Source of the DNA: a virus
Taxonomy: Duplodnaviria; Heunggongvirae; Uroviricota; Caudoviricetes
IMG/VR virus record: IMGVR_UViG_3300033068_001655
Strand: one strand, 5' to 3'
DNA: 64,000 nucleotides
The translations under genes were made by a program, and so were the position numbers. Each line of letters starts with the position of its first letter. Position 1 is the first letter of the stretch. Under the pieces are notes generated by a model that saw nothing but the letters and a program-made list of their open reading frames with translations, was not told the origin of the DNA and did not search any database. This document shows positions 1 through 10,003 of this stretch, piece by piece.

Positions 1-153
1 TTTAACTAATACCCTATCACCACTCGATAAAGGAACTGTATCTATTGTTTGTAATCCACTAAGAGTTATATTGTTAACTGTTGCCACTCTACACGGTAAA
101 TTAAAACTAACTCCTTTTATCTGTGAGTAAAATCCTATTCGACTTATTGCCAT
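1..153 (-). CDS. Partial (runs off the window start) tail-associated structural protein
   Basis: Manual translation MAISRIGFYSQIKGVSFNLPCRVATVNNITLSGLQTIDTVPLSSGDRVLVK. The VAT..NITLSG.QTID....GDRVLVK motif is common in phage tail proteins and recurs near the N-terminus of 14378-20197. Confidence 0.7.
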   Translation of the reverse strand, partial: MAISRIGFYSQIKGVSFNLPCRVATVNNITLSGLQTIDTVPLSSGDRVLVK

Positions 154-171
154 TTATTCTTACCTATAATT

Positions 172-1587
172 TTAATAAACCAACATTCTATGTAATATGT
201 TACTTGTGTTAGTTAGCCAATATAACCAGGTCAACTTAACCTCGTTACTTTCAACATATTTAACCCCCCACATTTTATCTCCTAATACCGCAGTAGATTC
301 AGGATAAAGTGTTGTTGTAAGTGGTTCAAGATAGTTACCAGAAATGCTAAATTTAAACATACGACCTGTTACATCTTTTCTAATGTAAATATATCTATCC
401 ATTTTAGCATATGAACTACCGGTAGTGAATGTTTCCACTTGACCTACATAAGTAATTAAAAGCCAAGTATTTAATGCAATATCATATCTGTCTAAAGTTG
501 ATGTTGCACCACCTCTAAAACTGTAGACATATCTACCATTTCTAATATTACTTTCATCGCCCCATCCAGTTGACCCCAGAATACCCACCCAGTTAGCACT
601 CATTCCTGTACTTGGTGCACCACCTCTTGCAACTCCTGGTGATAATGTAGTCCAGGTATTTCCACTAATTGAATAACGATACATAGTTACAGCGTTATTT
701 CCTAATAGATAGATAAAATCATCATTACCCTCTATTGAATATTCAGATGTGGTATCTGGTGTTACTGTCCAGTTTGATGTAACAGTAATTTGTGTTCCTG
801 TGTTTGATGCAATAGTTCTAACTTGACCGATACCAGTACCCGCAGTTATTCTGATTTGATAATTGGTCCATTGGTTAGTTGTCCAAGATTTGGTAGAATT
901 ACTTAAAGTGTTTGTTGTTCCTGCTGTTGCGGTTCCAGATGCAAATATATCATAACTTGGTGTGACAACCATTTTACCATCAGTACCCCAAGTTGCAGGT
1001 GTACCAGTTACTGAATATGCGGTCCAAACACCTGTAAGAGGGTCGTAACTTTTAAAAGAAGTTGCTGACGTAGTACCTGCATTCCAAATAAAGAATCTAC
1101 CAGTACTTACTACAAATGTATCATTATTGGCCACAGCATTAGGTAGAGCACTAAATATAAATGTATTTGTACCACCTGCTGTGATAATCATATCTGTTAT
1201 TGTTCTTTCTAAACCAGCATTTGATCCTGTTAGGAATCTAATTATAGAACCTCTACCTAAACCATTTACTGCAGTTGCGGTAGTAGCAGTTGTTGTTGTA
1301 CCTCCGTTCGCAGTTAAAGTATTACTCCATCTTGACTTATGTCCACATGAACCGGCACCAAAAGTACCACCTAAAGCACCTGATGGGATTTGAACCCAAC
1401 CATCTTCATCATTATGATATAAGTAATGTACAGTTGCACTTACAACAAACATTATAATGTTATCATCTTCTTTAACATCAGTAATAATAAATGAACCTGT
1501 GGTAGTATTTACTGGAGCAGGAGTCATAAATTGTGGTTCTTTTTTATGAATTAAAGGTACGTTTTTATTTGTAATTGTAATTGCCAT
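172..1587 (-). CDS. Virion structural protein, Kelch-like beta-propeller with inserted Thr/Gly-rich beta-sandwich modules
   Basis: Repeated Y-x-Y/F...W blade ends (FKSYDPLTGVWT, MYRYSISGNTWT, LDRYDIALNTWL). Lies in the structural gene run. Confidence 0.6.
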   Translation of the reverse strand: MAITITNKNVPLIHKKEPQFMTPAPVNTTTGSFIITDVKEDDNIIMFVVSATVHYLYHNDEDGWVQIPSGALGGTFGAGSCGHKSRWSNTLTANGGTTTTATTATAVNGLGRGSIIRFLTGSNAGLERTITDMIITAGGTNTFIFSALPNAVANNDTFVVSTGRFFIWNAGTTSATSFKSYDPLTGVWTAYSVTGTPATWGTDGKMVVTPSYDIFASGTATAGTTNTLSNSTKSWTTNQWTNYQIRITAGTGIGQVRTIASNTGTQITVTSNWTVTPDTTSEYSIEGNDDFIYLLGNNAVTMYRYSISGNTWTTLSPGVARGGAPSTGMSANWVGILGSTGWGDESNIRNGRYVYSFRGGATSTLDRYDIALNTWLLITYVGQVETFTTGSSYAKMDRYIYIRKDVTGRMFKFSISGNYLEPLTTTLYPESTAVLGDKMWGVKYVESNEVKLTWLYWLTNTSNILHRMLVY

Positions 1588-1588
1588 A

Positions 1589-2086
1589 TTATGAGACGTT
1601 AATTTGTATGTTATTTATATTTGACTGAATTGCACCAATATTAACTGTAGAAGGTACCATTGGGTGTGTTGCGTACGTAAAGTTTGTTACGTTATTTACG
1701 TTTGTAATAGTACCACTACTTACTGCAATAGAACCATCAGTGACTGTTACCCTTAAATTGGCAGAAGGGCCACGTAAACCAGAAAGAAAGTTTAATGCAT
1801 CTACTGCATCATAAATATTTTGTAGCCATTCGGTATCTTCATTATCATCATATAAAATCTGTAAAACATCTGTACTATTCATACTAGTAGTATCATATTG
1901 TAAAACTATTATAGAATCTGTAACACTGGTAAAACCTTTACCAGTTACTCCAGTACCATAGATTAAAGTACCTGATGTTTGATTGATAATTGCATACAAT
2001 TTCCTAACATCAAAATCAGATATGTTTGTGTCAATCGTTTTTGTTGATGGTGTGAATATTGGATTGGTTATTATTATTTTCTTCAT
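1589..2086 (-). CDS. Putative tail/virion protein
   Basis: 165 aa (FTPSTKTI...KLYAIINQT..TLIY). Co-oriented in the structural operon, with a TATATA motif just upstream. Confidence 0.55.
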   Translation of the reverse strand: MKKIIITNPIFTPSTKTIDTNISDFDVRKLYAIINQTSGTLIYGTGVTGKGFTSVTDSIIVLQYDTTSMNSTDVLQILYDDNEDTEWLQNIYDAVDALNFLSGLRGPSANLRVTVTDGSIAVSSGTITNVNNVTNFTYATHPMVPSTVNIGAIQSNINNIQINVS

Positions 2087-2108
2087 ATACTATATATTAT
2101 ATTTTTTA

Positions 2109-4469
2109 TTACCCAAATATTATTGCATTTATAATTGATTGATCCTCTGTAATACCACAACATACTGTTGTTCCTATACTTCCATATAATGTTAAAATAT
2201 CAGTTGAACTTGGTGCAGGTCTTTCAGTTGATATTGTTAGTGTGGTTGATACTATTGTATAATCAATTGTATATTTTAATAACTGTCCATTAAGGAAAAA
2301 TTGATGTGTTGTTCCTGGATTTAATGCATTTGCTAATGTAAATGTTTTATTTACACCATCCTTTGTACCAGTAACTAATATCTCTGTTAACGGATCAACA
2401 TTTGGTGTAGTTCCACTTGTTCCACTTGTCCCATCAATACCACTTGTTCCTGAAGAACCACTAGTACCTGATGATCCTGATGTACCCGTACCACTAGTAC
2501 CTGATGATCCTGAAGAACCACTAGTTCCGCTACTCCCTGAAGTTCCAGAAGAACCACTAGAACCAGAAGAACCACTAGTACCTGATGAGCCGGATGTGCC
2601 CGAACTACCACTAGTACCTGATGAGCCACTAGAGCCACTTGAGCCGGATGTTCCTGATGTTCCTGAAGAACCACTACCTGAAGTTCCTGATGAACCACTA
2701 GAACCAGATGTACCACTAGAACCTGATGAGCCACTAGAACCTGATGAGCCACTAGAGCCACTTGTTCCTGAACTACCTGACGTACCACTTGAACCTGAAC
2801 TACCACTTGAACCTGATGAGCCGGATGTACCAGAAGAACCACTAGAACCAGATGTACCAGATGAACCACTAGAACCAGATGTCCCTCTTGTACCAGAACT
2901 ACCAGAAGAACCAGATGTTCCACTAGAACCAGATGAACCAGAAGAACCAGATGTACCCGAAGAGCCACTTGTTCCACTACTTCCTGATGTACCACTAGAA
3001 CCACTAGAACCAGATGTACCAGAACTACCAGAAGAACCAGATGTCCCTCTTGTACCAGAACTACCAGAACTACCAGAAGAACCACTAGAACCTGATGAAC
3101 CAGAAGAACCAGATGTACCCGAAGAGCCACTTGTTCCACTACTTCCTGATGTACCACTAGAACCACTAGAACCAGATGTACCAGAACTACCAGATGTACC
3201 AGAACTACCAGAAGAACCACTAGAACCTGATGAACCACTAGAACCACTAGAACCAGATGTACCAGAACTACCAGATGTACCAGAACTACCAGAAGAACCA
3301 CTTGTTCCACTACTTCCTGATGTACCACTAGAACCACTAGAACCAGATGTACCAGAACTACCAGATGTACCAGAACTACCAGAAGAACCACTAGAACCTG
3401 ATGAACCACTAGAACCACTAGAACCAGATGTACCAGAACTACCAGATGTACCAGAACTACCAGAAGAACCACTTGTTCCACTACTTCCTGATGTACCACT
3501 AGAACCACTAGAACCAGATGTCCCTCTTGTACCAGAAGAACCAGATGTTCCACTAGAACCAGATGTACCCGAAGAGCCACTTGTTCCACTACTTCCTGAT
3601 GTACCAGAAGAACCACTAGAACCAGATGTACCAGAACTACCAGATGTACCAGAACTACCAGATGTACCAGAACTACCAGAAGAACCACTAGAACCTGATG
3701 AACCAGAAGAACCAGATGTACCAGAACTACCAGATGTACCAGAACTACCAGAAGAACCACTAGAACCAGATGTACCACTTGTTCCTGAACTTCCAGAGGA
3801 ACCACTTGATCCAGAGGAACCACTAGAACCAGATGTTCCACTTGAACCAGATGTTCCAGAAGAACCAGAGGTACCAGAGGAACCACTTGAACCCGAAGAT
3901 CCTGATGTGCCACTTGATCCAGATGAACCACTAGAACCAGATGTTCCAGAAGAACCAGAAGTTCCATCAACACCATTTACACCAGATAATCCAGATGTAC
4001 CACTAGAACCAGAACTTCCACTTGAACCCGAAGATCCTGATGTACCAGAACTACCAGATGTACCAGAACTACCAGAAGAACCACTAGAACCAGAAGAACC
4101 AGATGTACCAGATGTACCAGAAGAACCACTACTTCCACTTGAACCAGAAGTTCCACTTGAACCACTAGAACCAGAAGAACCACTAGATCCTGAATTTCCA
4201 TCAAGACCGCTTGTACCAGAAGTTCCATTATATCCACTTGTACCAGAAGTTCCATTATATCCACTTGTACCAGAAGTTCCATTATATCCACTTGTACCAG
4301 AAGTTCCATTATATCCACTTGTACCTGAAGTACTAGCAGTTCCAATATTTGAAAAAGTGACTCCTGCTGATAAATTTAATGGATTTCCATAACCATCATA
4401 GTATAGTCCATCTATTACTTGTACTAAACGACCAAATGGTATATTGTTCATCTCATAATTATTGTTCAT
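2109..4469 (-). CDS. Collagen-like Gly-Ser/Thr-Ser repeat fibre protein with C-terminal beta domain
   Basis: About 640 aa of G-[ST]-S triplets between a normal N-terminus and a C-terminal domain (GTKDGVNKTFTL...FFLNGQLL..DYTI). Confidence 0.8.
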   Translation of the reverse strand: MNNNYEMNNIPFGRLVQVIDGLYYDGYGNPLNLSAGVTFSNIGTASTSGTSGYNGTSGTSGYNGTSGTSGYNGTSGTSGYNGTSGTSGLDGNSGSSGSSGSSGSSGTSGSSGSSGSSGTSGTSGSSGSSGSSGSSGTSGSSGTSGSSGSSGSSGSSGTSGLSGVNGVDGTSGSSGTSGSSGSSGSSGTSGSSGSSGSSGTSGSSGTSGSSGTSGSSGSSGSSGSSGSSGTSGTSGSSGSSGSSGTSGSSGTSGSSGSSGSSGSSGSSGTSGSSGTSGSSGTSGSSGSSGTSGSSGTSGSSGTSGSSGTSGSSGTRGTSGSSGSSGTSGSSGTSGSSGSSGTSGSSGTSGSSGSSGSSGSSGSSGSSGTSGSSGTSGSSGSSGTSGSSGTSGSSGSSGTSGSSGTSGSSGSSGSSGSSGSSGSSGTSGSSGTSGSSGSSGTSGSSGTSGSSGTSGSSGSSGSSGSSGSSGSSGTRGTSGSSGSSGTSGSSGSSGTSGSSGTSGSSGTSGSSGSSGSSGTSGSSGSSGTRGTSGSSGSSGTSGSSGSSGTSGSSGSSGSSGSSGTSGSSGTSGSSGSSGSSGSSGSSGTSGSSGSSGTSGSGSSGTSGTSGSSGSSGSSGTSGSSGTSGSSGTSGSSGSSGSSGTSGSSGTSGSSGSSGTSGTGTSGSSGTSGSSGTSGIDGTSGTSGTTPNVDPLTEILVTGTKDGVNKTFTLANALNPGTTHQFFLNGQLLKYTIDYTIVSTTLTISTERPAPSSTDILTLYGSIGTTVCCGITEDQSIINAIIFG
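2409..4343. repeat. 9-bp-periodic coding repeat (GSS/GTS triplets)
   Basis: Continuous ccagaacta/ccagatgta/ccactagaa-type 9-mers. Includes 4 exact 27-bp copies at 4211-4318 (GYNGTSGTS). Confidence 0.95.
3130..3521. repeat. 171-bp tandem duplication inside the GXS repeat
   Basis: Marker cttgttccactacttcctgat starts at 2968, 3130, 3301, 3472 and 3580. Spacings are 162, 171, 171 and 108 nt, all multiples of 9. Confidence 0.85.
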
Positions 4470-4551
4470 ATTACTATATATAAAAATGAGAACTATTGAA
4501 AATAAAAAATATAAACTTTTTATGAAATAAAATCTTCATAATGTGTCAATA

Positions 4552-4800
4552 TTACTCAATAGGTTCAGACCATTCAGGAGTTGATAAAATATCTAAAATC
4601 TCCTCATAAGTATAAGGACCTTCTTTTGTTTGAAGAGATTGTACTGATTGAGGTATCTCACCGTTCCATTTAACAAAAGTTTTTGTTCCGTCAACCGATT
4701 TTCTTACGGTTTCAATTGAAGTTTCTAAAACTTCTTCAAAATTAATGCTAGTTAATTCACTAACATTAAAAATAATAAATTGTCTATTACTGTATTCCAT
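4552..4800 (-). CDS. Small conserved phage hypothetical protein
   Basis: 82 aa (ETVRKSVDGTKTFVKW...GPYTYEEIL..LSTPEW), a type often seen beside LamG tail genes. Confidence 0.7.
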   Translation of the reverse strand: MEYSNRQFIIFNVSELTSINFEEVLETSIETVRKSVDGTKTFVKWNGEIPQSVQSLQTKEGPYTYEEILDILSTPEWSEPIE

Positions 4801-5536
4801 ATCTTGATTTTGTTACGTTATATATTGTTGTTATTTCTGTTTGAGTTAATACTCTATTGTATATTGATGTCTGTGAAATATTCCCACTCCACCAAAGAGT
4901 TGTTGCATTTACTCTTCCAACTGATAAAGTACTACCTGTAGGTTTACTAGCAATACCCAATTGACTTTCGGTTGTTCTCGGACTTGATGGTATTATTCCT
5001 GAGTTGTCTAATATTCCATTCATATATATTGAGGTATTACTTCCTATATTTGTTATAGTGTAGTTTACCCAAGTGTTTGTTATCACATTATTTGTCGATG
5101 ATAATCCGATATCACCAAAAGCTGCAGTGTATTGAACTTTAACTTTTTGATTTTGGAGATAAATTCTAAAACTGGGTGTTATATTACCCATATCTATTAT
5201 AGCTCTGTCGAAATTAATAAGACCTGTAAATTTAATCCAAAAAGATACCGTATTTTGTGTGTTATAAGTAAAAAGTAAACCGCAATAATCATTCACCCCA
5301 TCAAAACTCCAACTTCCATTACCATCACTCACATATTGGGTTCCGTTTAATAAAGTTCCATTATTATCATTTCCACTTATATAGATAATATAACCACCAA
5401 CATATGGCGGAAATCCGTTATAATATCCAGTTGTGTCTGATGGACCACTTCCTGGATCACCGACATTAAAATTAAAATTACCCTTATTCAATGATAAAGG
5501 TTCCGATGTTGTTGAATATTTAATTGGGTTTGGCAT
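4787..5536 (-). CDS. LamG/concanavalin A-like domain virion protein (short paralog)
   Basis: SWSFDGVNDY, TVSFWIK, IYMNGIL, SIYNRVLT..EI..IYN..K.RYG motifs. Confidence 0.8.
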   Translation of the reverse strand: MPNPIKYSTTSEPLSLNKGNFNFNVGDPGSGPSDTTGYYNGFPPYVGGYIIYISGNDNNGTLLNGTQYVSDGNGSWSFDGVNDYCGLLFTYNTQNTVSFWIKFTGLINFDRAIIDMGNITPSFRIYLQNQKVKVQYTAAFGDIGLSSTNNVITNTWVNYTITNIGSNTSIYMNGILDNSGIIPSSPRTTESQLGIASKPTGSTLSVGRVNATTLWWSGNISQTSIYNRVLTQTEITTIYNVTKSRYGIQ

Positions 5537-5550
5537 ATTATATAAATACT

Positions 5551-7179
5551 TTATATTCCGTATCTTGTTCTTGTTGCGTTAAATATTGTTGTTATTTCTG
5601 ATTGGGTTAATGCGACATTATATTGTTTAACAATCCCAACTTTACCTAAAAACGACCCAGCATACCCGGTCCCAATTGTAATTGGTAAAGAACTGGCGGT
5701 TGCCGAGGAATAGGATGCCGTTGATTGGTTTATTAAAACACCATTTATATACCATTTAACTGTTTTAGTCGGTGTTGATAATTCTCTAACCAATACCACA
5801 AAATACCAGGTATTTAATGTTGTCATAACCGCACCTGAATTAACACCCTGATAAGGATTAGTGTTAGAACCCGCAGTCCCCCAATAATAATTCATTGAAC
5901 CATTGGTTTCATAAGTTATCGTCCCTTCACCTCCGTAAGCCTTGGCATAAAAATTTTGTCTTCTATCTCTTCTTTCAGGATAAACCCAAAAAACTAAAGT
6001 TTGGTCCCCGGTAACTTGCAAACTACTATTATTTGAGATACTAATAGAATCATTTGAACCATCAAATTTCCAACTTCCACCACCTTCACCAACATATTGA
6101 ACACCATTTAACATCGACCCATTATTATCATTTCCACTAATATCATAAGCGGTTGTTGGTGATGTTGCGTACAGATTGGTATTTTGAGCGTCTAATGACA
6201 GAACTAATCCGTCAGTTGGAATAAATCTATTGACTTCAGCGTAATAGTTTTGTAGAACTTCATCGGGTGATAATACTTTTTCATATACCCTATAACTATA
6301 TAAATCACCGTACAGTCTAACAGGGCTAGACGTAAACCATTCTCCTATTGTTGAGGTTCTAAAAGTTAAAAAGTCGGTATAAGTAAATGTTGATGAATAT
6401 ACATTAACCCCATTTACATAAATTATTACAACATTATCTAACCCAACTGTTACTGTTAAATTAAAATCCTCACCTATAGGGTATAAAGGGGTGTTTATAA
6501 ATACAATACCTCTAGTTTCACTTGTACTATCACTACCCGCTAACCAAACGCCACGATTTGGTAATAATCTAAATCTATTACCGGAATAACCTGAAATTTG
6601 TCTTCCATTAGAAGGTGAGATATCAATTGTGTTCAATGTTGCCGATAATGTAAATGGTATACTAACAGTAACTGACGATGATAACAGAATGTAATCATCA
6701 ACACCATCAAAAACTAATGAACCATTATTTTCACTATCATAACCAACACCATTTATTAAATTACCAACTTTACCACTCCCACTTAAATCTTTCCAAGTTG
6801 TTCCGGTTCTTGGATAAGATGACACAAATCCCGCATCCAAATTAAGGACCAATCCATCGGTAACAATTGATGGATAATTATTATTCAAAACGGTCATATT
6901 ACTTTGAGAATTGATCCAAACCAAAGCTTCAGGTACAGTTGAAACACTACCACCCAGTTGTTTAGTTATTGTAATTAAATCATTATCATTTTGAGGGGCA
7001 TATATAGAAGGTCCATTAGAAGTCTTATCTATATAGATCGTATATCCTCCATTTATAGGGGTTATGCCATTATAAAAACCAGTTAAATCGGTTGTTGTAC
7101 TATTTACACCAATATTAAAACCTCCTGATTTTATAGAGTTTGGTAATCTTACTGTATCAAATTTAACTATGTTACCCAT
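5551..7179 (-). CDS. Tandem LamG-like domain virion protein
   Basis: Two DGLVLxLDA...S..G..G.L.NG...FDG.DDY...YxNG...Y..xLxxxE repeats. Confidence 0.85.
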   Translation of the reverse strand: MGNIVKFDTVRLPNSIKSGGFNIGVNSTTTDLTGFYNGITPINGGYTIYIDKTSNGPSIYAPQNDNDLITITKQLGGSVSTVPEALVWINSQSNMTVLNNNYPSIVTDGLVLNLDAGFVSSYPRTGTTWKDLSGSGKVGNLINGVGYDSENNGSLVFDGVDDYILLSSSVTVSIPFTLSATLNTIDISPSNGRQISGYSGNRFRLLPNRGVWLAGSDSTSETRGIVFINTPLYPIGEDFNLTVTVGLDNVVIIYVNGVNVYSSTFTYTDFLTFRTSTIGEWFTSSPVRLYGDLYSYRVYEKVLSPDEVLQNYYAEVNRFIPTDGLVLSLDAQNTNLYATSPTTAYDISGNDNNGSMLNGVQYVGEGGGSWKFDGSNDSISISNNSSLQVTGDQTLVFWVYPERRDRRQNFYAKAYGGEGTITYETNGSMNYYWGTAGSNTNPYQGVNSGAVMTTLNTWYFVVLVRELSTPTKTVKWYINGVLINQSTASYSSATASSLPITIGTGYAGSFLGKVGIVKQYNVALTQSEITTIFNATRTRYGI

Positions 7180-7184
7180 TTATT

Positions 7185-7529
7185 TTAGTAATTAGTATTC
7201 TCATTTTGAATTTTTTCTAAAATGGTTGTATATTCGGCTTTTAGTGCTTCTCTCTTTTCTATTATAGACGGATCTATAGGTGTTCCATCTATAATAAATC
7301 TTTCTATTGCTTCTCTCATTCCTGGTATTTCTGATATTTTATCCGCATATATACATCTTAATTCAGAGATCAAAATTTCTAAATCTTCTACTGGGTTATT
7401 GTATTCTATAACAGTTCCACCAGAATTTAGAAAGTCTAAATAATCAATGTATGATGGATGATTTTCCTCCATTACTACTGGTATACTATCAAATAAGATT
7501 TGTCCTTTTTTATTTATTGTATAACTCAT
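7185..7529 (-). CDS. Putative tail-fibre assembly chaperone-like protein
   Basis: N-terminal NHPSYIDYLDFLNSGG resembles the N.DY..YL.W...G motif of tail chaperones. Lies between fibre-type genes. Confidence 0.4.
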   Translation of the reverse strand: MSYTINKKGQILFDSIPVVMEENHPSYIDYLDFLNSGGTVIEYNNPVEDLEILISELRCIYADKISEIPGMREAIERFIIDGTPIDPSIIEKREALKAEYTTILEKIQNENTNY

Positions 7530-7544
7530 ACTTTTACTTTATTT

Positions 7545-8798
7545 TTAATTACCAAAAAGGTTATTTTTTGTTCCGATTACACCATAATCTTTAAAAGAAA
7601 CACCACTTGCAGTATTTGTACTGATCCAAGTTACTGGATGTAAGTTCGAACCAGTTGAGTAGTCTGATGTTATAGTATTAGAAGTCATTGTCACTACACC
7701 ATTACTTGCAATTTTATATAACTCCATATTTATTGCAGCAACACCAGATATTTTATAAATTCTCATCCTATAAACACTTGTAGTATCAGTGCCTGAAAAA
7801 CCGGAACCCAAATCTAAAGAAGATGCAGTACCTGTATTATCATTCCATATAAAATAAAGATTTGTTGTATCTCTTAATTTTGCCACACCTATACTATTTA
7901 TTAGTGTTGTTGGTTCAACATTAGTTGGTGCAGTTGCTGCATATTGTGAAGATAATCCACAAAAAAATCTAAGTGTACTATTATTTGTTGTTATTCTAAA
8001 TCTTGATGATATATCAAAAGCAAAGTTTGTACCTGCTATTGATGCTGAAGTATAAGGATTACCATATCTTGCAGCAACAGATCCAATTGAACCAGCAGTT
8101 GTAAATTGAATACCCATAGGGTTTTCACTTAATATACCAACTGTTCCAGTTGTTAATATATTTGCGGAAATAAGTCTTAGTAGTGTATATGATGCATTAT
8201 CGGATGGTAACATATAAAAAAGTTGTTTTGCCATAAACCAGTAATTTAAAAAGTTTGTATCATCAATAGCTATTGACATACTTGGTAGTGTAAGAGATGA
8301 TGTTAGTGATAAACTCGTATTTACTGATGTTGTTGATAATGAATTTATTCCGGGTCCTGTTGGACCTATTGGACCATCGATTCCAGAAGTACCAGAGGTT
8401 CCAGAAGTACCAGAGGTTCCAGAAGTACCAGAGGTTCCAGAAGTACCAGAGGTTCCAGATGGTCCGGTTGGTCCAACAATAATACCAACTTGTTCTATTT
8501 GATAATCTATATAATTTTGAATATCTTTGTCAATTAAAAATGGAACTTTAGTGATTAGAGTATCAATTTGCTCTTGTAATCTAATTAAAGCAACTTTTGC
8601 TTCATTCTTACTTGAAAAACTTAGTAATATAACTTTTAATGACTTTAAACTTATTCTTAATATATTATTAATAGCTGCCGTATTTGTGATAACAAACGGA
8701 TCTATTGTATATTTAATATCATTAGTATCATCTAAAATTTTGATACTTTTATCAGATGAAGTAATTGGTCTTAAAAACTTATCGTAACTATAACTCAT
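7545..8798 (-). CDS. Virion structural protein with a short GPT/GTS collagen-like linker
   Basis: GPTGP(SGT)[13 protein letters not shown] linker between two globular regions. Confidence 0.65.
   Translation of the reverse strand: MSYSYDKFLRPITSSDKSIKILDDTNDIKYTIDPFVITNTAAINNILRISLKSLKVILLSFSSKNEAKVALIRLQEQIDTLITKVPFLIDKDIQNYIDYQIEQVGIIVGPTGPSGTSGTSGTSGTSGTSGTSGTSGTSGIDGPIGPTGPGINSLSTTSVNTSLSLTSSLTLPSMSIAIDDTNFLNYWFMAKQLFYMLPSDNASYTLLRLISANILTTGTVGILSENPMGIQFTTAGSIGSVAARYGNPYTSASIAGTNFAFDISSRFRITTNNSTLRFFCGLSSQYAATAPTNVEPTTLINSIGVAKLRDTTNLYFIWNDNTGTASSLDLGSGFSGTDTTSVYRMRIYKISGVAAINMELYKIASNGVVTMTSNTITSDYSTGSNLHPVTWISTNTASGVSFKDYGVIGTKNNLFGN
8383..8454. repeat. 18-bp tandem repeat x4 (SGTSGT)
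   Basis: ccagaagtaccagaggtt repeated four times. Confidence 0.9.
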
Positions 8799-8812
8799 TA
8801 TTATATTTATTT

Positions 8813-9955
8813 TTATTCAGTTATTGTAAGGTCTATATGAACACCTTCTAATGTATTATGTGCAATATCAGAGAAATTAAATGTTACAGAGTAAGTACCT
8901 GGTAAATTAATAGTTGATAAAGTACTTACAGAGCCGCTTATAATTAAATTAGATGGCATCATAGACATTGTTCCATCTCTATTGTCACTTATTGTATAAA
9001 CTAATAAATCAATCAATGTAGGCTTATCTATGTAAGTTCCACTTGCAGTTCCATAGTCTAATATAGAAATTGTAGTAGAAAATGTTAGACCCATAGATGT
9101 ATCAGGACTATCAACAAAAGAACCATTAAACATAATAAAATCACCAGTTTGACCAACTTGATCATAAAAATAAACTATAGGATCTTCATTATCTGCGGGT
9201 GGATAATCTTCTGCAATATTAATTCCAGGATTTTCAATAACATAATTTAATAATGAGTGTGCTTGATAAGCATCATATTCTGTTAAAAATTGTAAAAATA
9301 TAGTTCCGTAACTAGCATCATCGATAATTAAAATACTACCTGTTTTCTCAATTGTTTCAATATTTGCAATTTCAAAATAAATTAAAGGTCTTACTGGAGT
9401 TCCTTTATCCATAATTTTAATAGATTCCCCTGGTACTTGTGATTGAATATCAGTCCAGTTTAAACCAACAAATGAGGTACTTGATTGATTTATTGAGTCA
9501 TTAAAGAATGTATATGTGTCATCAATAACACCAACCATAACATCTAATGATACCGGATATTTATCACTTGGATTTGATAAGTAAAGTTGTTTGATTCTAT
9601 TAGTTGAGTTACCAGTTAAAACCATCATCTGAGCCATTGGATAAACCTTGGCTAAATCATCGTAGTAACTCCAAGTAATGTAGTTATCCTCTTCAATTAC
9701 AGATTTTTGATTATAAACTGCCTTTATACAAAGAAAAGTAGCATTGTCTCCTAAACCTAAGTGGTTTAATAAGTAATTATTTTGTCCTGCTTTAAGTACT
9801 ATTCTACTTCTAAGAAGTTGTTTGTAAGGCATTCTTAAATCAGAAACAGTAAGTTTATCTACTGTATTTGATCCATCTATTGCTATGAAATCTCCTCCAC
9901 TTACTTTGATATATTGAGCACTAGCTCCAAATAATGATGATGCACATGATGCCAT
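8813..9955 (-). CDS. Putative virion structural protein
   Basis: 380 aa, beta-rich, in the structural operon. TAATATATA upstream. Confidence 0.55.
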   Translation of the reverse strand: MASCASSLFGASAQYIKVSGGDFIAIDGSNTVDKLTVSDLRMPYKQLLRSRIVLKAGQNNYLLNHLGLGDNATFLCIKAVYNQKSVIEEDNYITWSYYDDLAKVYPMAQMMVLTGNSTNRIKQLYLSNPSDKYPVSLDVMVGVIDDTYTFFNDSINQSSTSFVGLNWTDIQSQVPGESIKIMDKGTPVRPLIYFEIANIETIEKTGSILIIDDASYGTIFLQFLTEYDAYQAHSLLNYVIENPGINIAEDYPPADNEDPIVYFYDQVGQTGDFIMFNGSFVDSPDTSMGLTFSTTISILDYGTASGTYIDKPTLIDLLVYTISDNRDGTMSMMPSNLIISGSVSTLSTINLPGTYSVTFNFSDIAHNTLEGVHIDLTITE

Positions 9956-10003
9956 AATAAATTATTTTAATTTTAATGTATATATTAAAATTAAAAAATC
10001 TAT

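Noticed and set aside
4211-4318. 27-bp x4 (and 18-bp x4 at 8383) repeats as a possible CRISPR array
   Set aside because: The copies are directly abutting with no spacers, lie in frame within coding repeats, and no cas genes are present.
2596-4392. 598-aa plus-strand PEVPLEP-repeat ORF, and the 529-aa and 122-aa minus-strand VLLV-repeat ORFs
   Set aside because: These are shadow frames of the 9-bp GXS repeat, which lacks stops in several frames. Only the GSS frame has normal flanking domains, a promoter and operon context.
4787-7179. LamG paralogs as a DGR template/variable repeat pair
   Set aside because: Differences are not adenine-specific and there is no reverse transcriptase in the window.
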